Of a stretch of DNA of 64,000 nucleotides, positions 57,101-64,000 are shown piece by piece (the stretch's first letter is position 1; every line of letters starts with the position of its first letter). The stretch comes from Alphaproteobacteria bacterium (GTDB lineage Bacteria > Pseudomonadota > Alphaproteobacteria > Rhizobiales > JAKIUO01). The DNA is taken from NCBI GenBank assembly GCA_024279115.1, contig JAJRRW010000068.1, positions 22,860 through 86,859 of the forward strand, given 5' to 3'. The notes beneath the pieces are model-generated. The model was not told the origin of the DNA, made no database searches, and was given only the letters and a program-made list of their open reading frames with translations. The position numbers were made by a program, and so were the translations under genes.

Positions 57101-57566
57101 GGCGCGAGGCGTTGATCATGCAAGCAATGGCTTGCAAGGCTAACAGTCCAAACCCGACGGGCATGGAAAGATATGGTATCCACATGGGAAACTCATAGAT
57201 GGAATCGGTGGTCCAGTTGCCCCTAAAAGCCTGCTCGGTCAGCTCAAAGCCCTTCCAGAACATCAAGGCGGCAAACAAAAAGACAATAAAATCTCCGATC
57301 ATCTGCATGATACGTCTGACATTATCAGAGGCGTAGACCATCACCAGACCAACCGAGACATGACCGCGCTCTTTCAGAACATAGGCGCTGCCAAGCATTG
57401 TCGCGGCAACAAGCGAATAGGTCACAACCTCGGTTTGCCAGGCCGCAGACCCCACAAGGACGTAGCGAATGAACACCATCTGACAGACAATACCGATCGC
57501 AATGCCAATTAACGAAGCGGCGATGATACCCGCAAGGTTCGACAAGCGTTCAATAAACGCCACCAT
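57069..57566 (-). CDS. dctQ: TRAP transporter small permease (MatQ-like)
   Basis: 4-TM DctQ-like. The start at 57566 has ggagga upstream; the track ORF extends to 57740. Confidence 0.8.
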   Translation of the reverse strand: MVAFIERLSNLAGIIAASLIGIAIGIVCQMVFIRYVLVGSAAWQTEVVTYSLVAATMLGSAYVLKERGHVSVGLVMVYASDNVRRIMQMIGDFIVFLFAALMFWKGFELTEQAFRGNWTTDSIYEFPMWIPYLSMPVGFGLLALQAIACMINASRHEGLTHKREH

Positions 57567-57761
57567 ATTCTCTTCCTCCAGTTTGTTTTTTTTTGGGGGG
57601 GGGCGGCGCCAAAACGATTGTTCCAGCACCATCAATATCAACAAAGATGTCAACCAGGTGCCAGGAGCAATATCAACTGCAAAGCCGGTATTGCTCCTGG
57701 TCAGTTTCAACAGATCAAACAATGCCCGATCGACAGGCAATGCGCGATTGACAGGCTGGGC

Positions 57762-58751
57762 CTATTTGACGGCCAGAGCTTTTTTGATCAGTTCAGCACC
57801 GTTTTTGACCTTTTTGGTGAACACCGCATAGGAGGTTTTCTCGGCAATTTCACGCCACGCAGCGGCATCTTGTGCACTCATTTCAACGACTTTGACACCG
57901 GCTTTTTTGTAGGTATCGACCATTGTCTTATCAAGGCCGGCAGCTTCTTTGGCAAACCAGTCCTCGGCCACTTGTCCAGCCGCCATCACGGCTTTTTTCT
58001 GCGCATCGTTGAGCTTGGCAAAGGAGGCCTTTGACATCAAAATAGGCTCATACATGAACCACAAGGCATGGGCGCCGGGAGCTGTCAGACATTTCACCTG
58101 CTCATAAATACGGTATGAAACAAACGACCCGGACGACGTATTTGCGCCATCGAGCACGCCTTGTTGCAAGGCGGTGTAAATCTCGGACGACGGCATCGAC
58201 TGGATCGAGGCCCCTGCCCCTTGCAACATTCTGTTGAACGCTTTACCAGCCGCGCGGAACACCTGTCCCTTTACATCAGCGGGCGCGAGTACACATTTTT
58301 TCTTGGAGGCAAAACCGCCAGCCAGCCAGGTGTCGGAGATCACCGTCACACCAGCTTTGTCGATGATCGCCTTGATGTCAGCCATAAACGGACTGTCATT
58401 CATGCGCATGGCATGGTCATGATTTTTGACAAGGCCGGGCATCAATGTGGAATCAAATTCGGGATGGCGATTTGCGGCATAGGCCAGAGGGAAAGCGGAA
58501 ATATCCAGCTCGCCGGTGGTCAGTGGCGCCCATTGTTCCTTTGGCTTGTAAAGTGATTTGGTGGGAAACACCTTGACCGTGGCACCAACATTGGCCTTGG
58601 CCAGTTCATCGGCAATGATCTGCACCATTTTGTGGCGCACATCTTTGGTGTTCCATTGATGCGAGGCGCGCAATTCTATAGCATTTGCTGATGTGGCAGC
58701 AAAAATAATCGCTGTCGCACCCAGCAAAGTTTTCAAGAGACGTTTCTTCAT
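57762..58751 (-). CDS. dctP: TRAP transporter substrate-binding protein (MatP-like)
   Basis: Signal peptide plus DctP-family sequence. First gene of the dctPQM-matAB run. Confidence 0.85.
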   Translation of the reverse strand: MKKRLLKTLLGATAIIFAATSANAIELRASHQWNTKDVRHKMVQIIADELAKANVGATVKVFPTKSLYKPKEQWAPLTTGELDISAFPLAYAANRHPEFDSTLMPGLVKNHDHAMRMNDSPFMADIKAIIDKAGVTVISDTWLAGGFASKKKCVLAPADVKGQVFRAAGKAFNRMLQGAGASIQSMPSSEIYTALQQGVLDGANTSSGSFVSYRIYEQVKCLTAPGAHALWFMYEPILMSKASFAKLNDAQKKAVMAAGQVAEDWFAKEAAGLDKTMVDTYKKAGVKVVEMSAQDAAAWREIAEKTSYAVFTKKVKNGAELIKKALAVK

Positions 58752-58992
58752 TTTTTCCTCCCGGGAAAATCACACCTGAACTAAACCCGCGATTTTTTCT
58801 CATTATCAACAAGCGGGCTCGCTTTTTATACACACAAACTAAAGTCACCCTAGATTGTATACAAGTCAAGCTCTATTGTCTAGAATGTCAATATTGACGG
58901 TGATCAAACTTGAGAATCTGTGCCAAATGCCGGTCGTTTTCCTGTCGCAACGGCGCTCTTGGTGCTAAGATATATGTGCGAGCCGCAAGAGG

Positions 58993-59685
58993 ATGATTAT
59001 GGACACCAAACCACCAAGACATGCTGATCAGCTAAGACACGTGCTCGAAGAAGAGATTGCTTCAAGCCTGCTTGCGCCTGGTACACGCCTGGAAGAAGTG
59101 GCGCTGGCCGAGCGCTTTGGTGTCTCGCGCACCCCCATTCGCGAGGCCTTGCAAATGCTGTCGGCTTCGGGACTTGTGGATCTGCGGCCACGGCGCGGCG
59201 CGGTTGTTGCCTCGCTAAGTCTGGAGCGCCTGCTGGAAATGTTTGAAATGATGGCATTGATGGAGGCCATCTGCGGACGCCTTGCGGCGCGGCGCATGAC
59301 CGAGATTGAGCGCCAGCATCTGCAAAAACAACATGATGTCTGCGGCGAAGCGGTGCGCCGCAATGATATAGATCTGTACTATACGGAAAATGTCCGGTTC
59401 CATGGGGTAATCTATCAAGGGTCCCACAACAAGTTTCTGGCCGATGAAGTCAAACGTCTGCAACGCCGTTTGCAGGCCTATCGCCGCTTGCAACTGCGAT
59501 CTAGTGGACGTATGGCCGAATCTTACGCCGAACATACCAATATTACCAAAGCCATCATCGAGGGTGATGGCGAACTCACCGCCAGCCTGTTGCAAGGTCA
59601 TGTCTCGGTACAGGGCGACCGCTTTGGCGACTGGCTCTCCACCTTGTCCGCCGCACAGCTGGTCAGCAATGATGCGAGCGGCTAA
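58993..59685 (+). CDS. GntR/FadR-family transcriptional regulator (FCD domain), divergent from the malonate operon
   Basis: w[19 protein letters not shown] plus a C-terminal FCD-like helical domain. Confidence 0.8.
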   Translation: MIMDTKPPRHADQLRHVLEEEIASSLLAPGTRLEEVALAERFGVSRTPIREALQMLSASGLVDLRPRRGAVVASLSLERLLEMFEMMALMEAICGRLAARRMTEIERQHLQKQHDVCGEAVRRNDIDLYYTENVRFHGVIYQGSHNKFLADEVKRLQRRLQAYRRLQLRSSGRMAESYAEHTNITKAIIEGDGELTASLLQGHVSVQGDRFGDWLSTLSAAQLVSNDASG

Positions 59686-59793
59686 GCGGCTGCAGCCGCG
59701 CTCTCGTCATGTCCGGACAAGCCAAGCGCAGATACGGGAGCACGGCAATGAGAAGCTGCGTGGCGTGGCTTGCCTGACGCAAACGTTTTCTCT

Positions 59794-61713
59794 TTACCCG
59801 ACCAGTCCGCCATCGTCGCGTTTTATGGCGATGATTGAGGAGCGCGGGACGCGATTGCCGCCATTGGGAAAATGGCTCTTGCCGCGTTCGCCGGGATGCT
59901 GGATGCCCACAAACATGGTGCGCCGGTCAGCGCTCCAGGTGAGGCCGGTGATTTCGCATTTCTTGGGCCCCACCAAAAAGCGCCGAATTTCGCCGCTGAC
60001 GGCATCCGCCGCCAGCATTTGATTATTACCCATGCCTGCAAAATCTCCCTTATTGGAGGTCTTGCCATCGGTCTGGATCCATAGCGTTCCGCTTTGGTCA
60101 AATTTCAGCCCATCGGGCGAATTGAACATATTGTCCGCATTAATATTTGGTGAGCCCTTGCGCGCATCAGTGTGCACGGTTGGATTGCCCGCCAGCACAA
60201 ACAGCTGCCAGTCGAACCCCGGCCTGGTGTGGTCTCCTTCATCAGAGCGCCAGCGAACGATCTGGCCATATTTGTTTTGCGCGCGCGGATTGGGACCGCC
60301 CACCGGCATGTCATCGCCGCCCCGGTTGGGTTTCTTGCCGCGATGTTTGTTATTGGTCAAAGCGCAATAGACTTCGGCGGTGGCAAGATTGGCAGCGATC
60401 GATTCCGGGCGGTCCATGGTGGTGGCGCCAACCGCAGAGGCGGCTTGCCTTGTGTGAATACAAATCAGGGCTTGTGAGGCCATGCCCGTGGTCTGAGGGG
60501 TCAGCGCCAGCCATTCGCCGCGCAGATCATCGTGGAATTTGGCGGCGTAAAGCTGGCCACTATCAAGCAGATCGCGATTGTCGCCGCCCTCGATAAATTT
60601 TCCATCGCTGACAAACCGATAGAGAAATTCGCCGCGCTCATCATCCCCCATATACACCACGACCCGCCCATCGCCGTTAATAACCAGCTCGGCATTTTCA
60701 TGCTTGAAACGGCCAAGAGCGGTACGCTTCTTTGGCGTTGACTTAGGGTCAAGGGGATCAATTTCCACCACATAGCCAACCCGGTTAGGCTCAAAGGGGT
60801 GTTCTGATACATCAAAGCGCTCATCGCTTGAGGCCCAGTTATAGCCCCAGTCCCTGGCCCCGATCCCATAGCGCTGCAACACCTCTGGAATGTCCCTGGT
60901 CAAATCACTGCGCGTAAAATAACCGTTGAAATTTTCTTCACAGGTCAGATAGGTGTGCCACGGCGTCTGCCCATTGGCGCAATTGGCCCAGGTACCAAGC
61001 GAGCGGGTGCCGCTGGGATCAGCCTTGGTTTTCATCAAATCATGACCTGCTGCTGGCCCGGTGATCTGCATGGGCGTGGTGGCCGTGATGCGCCGATTGA
61101 AGGGGCTGTCTTTGACGATCGACCATTTGCCGGACTTTTTGTGCTGCGACTGGCTTATCTCGCAGATGGTGACGCCGTGCGCTGCCATGCCCTTGCGCAC
61201 ATCATCAAGGGTTTGCGGACGGCTGGCATCACGATTGCCAAACAGGGTCGGGCGATTGGCATATTCATTATTGAGCGCCAGGATCGAGCGGCCCTGATGC
61301 GAGAACAGATACATGCCATCATTATTGTCACCAACTGACAGTTCCTGACTGGCACCAGTGCCACCGCTTTGTTCATCAAGCGGTTGGCTTTTTGACCACA
61401 GCTCATCCCCCCACGACATCAGCACGTCCCAGCTATAGCCAGCAGGCACCGTGACACTATCGGCGCTATTGGCGGCCACGGCCTGAAAAGTCAGAGCATT
61501 GCCTGCCAGCGAACGCGCCTCAAGACCTGGTACGCCGCTGCCGACCATTGCCGCCACCCCAAAAGCGGCGCTGCCACCAATAAAGGCGCGGCGCGACAAC
61601 ACGCGCTCGATAATGTGATTGATTTCCACGTCCCCATCGAGGGGATCAGACGATTGCCGCTTCAAGTGCTGGCTATTTTGGTGCGAACGAGGAGTTTGGA
61701 TTTTTTTCTTCAT
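59794..61713 (-). CDS. phoX: PhoX-family (DUF839) secreted alkaline phosphatase with Tat signal
   Basis: Twin-arginine SRRAFIGGSAAFG. The beta-propeller-like DUF839 sequence includes the MDRPE motif. Confidence 0.8.
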   Translation of the reverse strand: MKKKIQTPRSHQNSQHLKRQSSDPLDGDVEINHIIERVLSRRAFIGGSAAFGVAAMVGSGVPGLEARSLAGNALTFQAVAANSADSVTVPAGYSWDVLMSWGDELWSKSQPLDEQSGGTGASQELSVGDNNDGMYLFSHQGRSILALNNEYANRPTLFGNRDASRPQTLDDVRKGMAAHGVTICEISQSQHKKSGKWSIVKDSPFNRRITATTPMQITGPAAGHDLMKTKADPSGTRSLGTWANCANGQTPWHTYLTCEENFNGYFTRSDLTRDIPEVLQRYGIGARDWGYNWASSDERFDVSEHPFEPNRVGYVVEIDPLDPKSTPKKRTALGRFKHENAELVINGDGRVVVYMGDDERGEFLYRFVSDGKFIEGGDNRDLLDSGQLYAAKFHDDLRGEWLALTPQTTGMASQALICIHTRQAASAVGATTMDRPESIAANLATAEVYCALTNNKHRGKKPNRGGDDMPVGGPNPRAQNKYGQIVRWRSDEGDHTRPGFDWQLFVLAGNPTVHTDARKGSPNINADNMFNSPDGLKFDQSGTLWIQTDGKTSNKGDFAGMGNNQMLAADAVSGEIRRFLVGPKKCEITGLTWSADRRTMFVGIQHPGERGKSHFPNGGNRVPRSSIIAIKRDDGGLVG

Positions 61714-61766
61714 GTCATCCGTCCATGCGTTTTCGTCGAATTAGCTCCCATCAAGAAACATCTTGT

Positions 61767-62747
61767 TTATCCATCGCGCTTGGGCTGGCGGGGCTTTTTT
61801 TTACGTTTCTTGGTTTTTTTGCTGGGCCTCACAACGCGGCGCTTGGGACGGCAGACGGTGGGTCGCAAATTGGCGGGCTCGGCCTTTTGGTTGGCCCCAC
61901 GGGGAAAATCAGCCAGAAACAGCTCTTTCTTTTGCCCCCCGAGCAGCATTTTCCACTCATAAAACTCAAAACCATAGGTCAGCAAGGCCTTGGCCCGCAC
62001 GGCGCGCTGGCCGCCGTTTTTGGCTCCCAACACAACCGCGATCAGACGGCGACCATTTCTGGTGGCGCTGGCGACAATATTATAACCCGACGCGCAGACA
62101 ACACCGGTCTTCATGCCATCAGCACCCTCAAAGGTGCGCAAAAGTGAATTATCAGACCGCAGCTTGCGCCGGCCTATTTTCATGGACGAACGAGAAAAAC
62201 GAGCGCGATGCTCAGGAAAGTCTTTCCAAAGAGCCTGCGTCAGAAGCGCCAGGTCACGTGCCGTTGAAACATGTTTGACATCATGCAGGCCGTGAGGATT
62301 AACAAAATTGGTGCTGTTCATGCCAAGCGCTTGGGCCTTGCGGTTCATGCGGGCAGAAAAACCCTCTACCGTGCCGCCAACTTTTTCGGCCAGCATAACC
62401 GCTACATCATTGGCTGATTTGATGATCAAGGATTGCAGGGCAAGCTCCACCGACATGCCGATACCAACAGGATAGCCACTCTTGCTGGGCGGCTCCAATA
62501 TGGAGCGCTCGGATTGCAGGACCGCATCTGTGAGCTTTAATTTACCATCCCTGATGGCTTCAAACACCAGATAGGCCGTCATTAATTTTGTGGTGGAGGC
62601 GGGATGCCAGGGCAAGTCCTGATCTTCCGCATAAAAAATCTTGCCGCTGTCTGCATCCATCAGCAGCGTCGGACGGGCATTGGCCGTGCCAAATACAAAA
62701 GCTGTCAAAAACACAGCCATGCTCAACAAGAGGCTAAAATACTTCAA
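61767..62747 (-). CDS. D-alanyl-D-alanine carboxypeptidase (peptidase S11) with Lys-rich tail
   Basis: SxxK (ASTTK), SxN (SAND) and KTG motifs, plus a signal peptide. Confidence 0.85.
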   Translation of the reverse strand: MKYFSLLLSMAVFLTAFVFGTANARPTLLMDADSGKIFYAEDQDLPWHPASTTKLMTAYLVFEAIRDGKLKLTDAVLQSERSILEPPSKSGYPVGIGMSVELALQSLIIKSANDVAVMLAEKVGGTVEGFSARMNRKAQALGMNSTNFVNPHGLHDVKHVSTARDLALLTQALWKDFPEHRARFSRSSMKIGRRKLRSDNSLLRTFEGADGMKTGVVCASGYNIVASATRNGRRLIAVVLGAKNGGQRAVRAKALLTYGFEFYEWKMLLGGQKKELFLADFPRGANQKAEPANLRPTVCRPKRRVVRPSKKTKKRKKKPRQPKRDG

Positions 62748-63039
62748 AATAATGGCAATCCGACTGTCAATTTCAAGGGTGTTATCGAGAGTTGCCTATA
62801 GCGACCCGACACTGCTTTCAATCGTCCGCCAGACCATATGATCTGGCGCTCGAACATCGCCCGATAACCAGCATAACATATCACAGCAATCAATCCGTGA
62901 CATCAACAATTCGCCCCTGGTCGCATAAATCATCAATGGTCTGTGATCACCGCGCATCAGTAATGGCAAGGAGGCAAATACCAGACACTCCACAAAGCCC
63001 GACAGGGCATTTAAACAGACAAGCCGTGAGATAAAAGAA

Positions 63040-63126
63040 TGGTGCCCCTGGCCCGACTCGAACGGGCACGTCCTTACGAACAACAGATTTTGAATCTGTC
63101 GCGTCTACCAGTTCCGCCACAGGGGC
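63040..63126 (-). tRNA. tRNA-Leu (anticodon CAA), class II with long variable arm
   Basis: The reverse complement GCCCCTGTGGCGGAACTGGTAGACGCGACAGATTCAAAATCTGT...CAGGGGCACCA folds with acceptor GCCCCTG/CAGGGGC and loop ttCAAaa. Confidence 0.9.
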
Positions 63127-63336
63127 AATGGACGAACCACGGTCGGGGTCTGCCCGCACGCATCGTCCTTGCTCCAAAGTGTCTTATCGTGCGCAGCCAT
63201 GATGAGCAAGAACAGAATCAGCGATCAGGCACTTTTCCGCACAGGGGGAAAACTCCTTCACAGATTACCATCATTGCGATAGTAAAATCAGCTAACGGCA
63301 AAATGCAGATCGGTGAAACCGGATTTGGGGAATAAT

Positions 63337-63918
63337 ATGTTTCGACGCCTATATGAGTGGATGATGAAGATGGCAGAGCACCCCAAAGCGGTGTGGGCGA
63401 TGTCATTGGTGTCTTTTGTCGAGAGTTCGTTTTTTCCCCTGCCCCCCGATTTAATGCTCATTCCCATGGTGCTGGCCAAACGCGCCAAAGCTTTTGTATA
63501 TGCGTCCTATGCGACGATTTCATCGGTGCTTGGCGGCATCCTTGGATATGCCATTGGTTATTTTTTGTTTGATTTGGTCGGCCAGCCAGTGCTCGATTTT
63601 TATGGCTATGGCGATAAGTTCAGCTCCTTTTCTTCGCAATATAATGAGTGGGGCGCCTGGATTGTGCTAATGGCGGGGATCACGCCGTTTCCCTACAAGG
63701 TCATCACCATAGCAAGCGGCGTCACGGGTCTCGCATTCCCGGTATTCCTTATAGCCAGCATTGTCGCCCGCGCGATCCGATTTTTCGCGGTCAGCGCCCT
63801 GCTTTACTGGTTCGGCCCGCAAATTCGCTCCTTTATCGAGCGCTATTTCGGCCTTGTGACCATCGCCTTTTTTATCCTGTTATTTGGTGGTTTTGCCTTG
63901 ATCAAACTGATCGCCTGA
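63337..63918 (+). CDS. DedA/YqaA-family membrane protein
   Basis: VSFVESSFFPLPPDLMLIPM motif typical of YqaA/DedA. Confidence 0.8.
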   Translation: MFRRLYEWMMKMAEHPKAVWAMSLVSFVESSFFPLPPDLMLIPMVLAKRAKAFVYASYATISSVLGGILGYAIGYFLFDLVGQPVLDFYGYGDKFSSFSSQYNEWGAWIVLMAGITPFPYKVITIASGVTGLAFPVFLIASIVARAIRFFAVSALLYWFGPQIRSFIERYFGLVTIAFFILLFGGFALIKLIA

Positions 63919-64000
63919 CCGGCTGATCACCTAAATTTGTAGTGCCAATGGCATTTATTTTCGCACTTGAATGGCGTATCAGAGCGCAGGACATTTTTTA

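Noticed and set aside
52858-59685. Malonate cluster (GntR, TRAP dctPQM, matA, matB) as a novel system
   Set aside because: The layout matches the known rhizobial mat-type malonate utilisation operon with a TRAP transporter. It is annotated as ordinary metabolism.
62947-63177. 76-aa minus-strand ORF
   Set aside because: It is read through the tRNA-Leu(CAA) gene, so it is spurious.

Overview
This is a 64-kb chromosomal segment that looks alphaproteobacterial. It carries a UPF0262 gene, an aapJQMP-type general amino-acid ABC transporter, a mat-type malonate cluster with a TRAP transporter, and an infA-maf-yacG block. GC is roughly 50% by eye, and the gene set has a marine heterotroph flavour. 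All calls come from reading the ORF translations and the DNA; no database search was possible.

Main content:
- **Dissimilatory-type sulfur-oxidation gene set.** It comprises aprB-aprA, a YkgJ-type Cys-cluster gene, sat, and a divergent qmoA-qmoB-hdrC-hdrB operon. No membrane anchor (QmoC or AprM) is visible.
- **Housekeeping block.** rluB, tadA, a patatin-like gene, purD and xseA.
- **Extracytoplasmic protease/signalling cluster.** A 1299-aa secreted TPR-CHAT protein lies divergent from an ECF sigma / anti-sigma / S8 protease operon.
- **aapJQMP transporter.**
- **Persulfide-handling genes.** A DUF442 gene and a persulfide-dioxygenase-rhodanese fusion.
- **A recombination-scrambled, repeat-dense patch (about 38.6-41.7 kb).** It contains nested CTAG-bounded MITE-like elements, a duplicated rhodanese 3' end fused to a TPR-gene fragment, and a low-GC two-ORF cassette bracketed by inverted repeats.
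- **tRNA-Arg(CCT), followed by a transport/stress block.** Two paralogous APC permeases, a long YeeE/YedE sulfur-transport protein, a Crp/Fnr regulator, and HdeD-like, STAS-like, USP and cbpAM genes.
- **Malonate cluster.** GntR regulator, TRAP dctPQM, matA and matB.
- **Right-hand end.** phoX, a D-Ala-D-Ala carboxypeptidase, tRNA-Leu(CAA) and a DedA/YqaA protein.

Three genes carry apparent single lesions: one frameshift and two in-frame stops. No CRISPR array, integrase, transposase or rRNA was seen.
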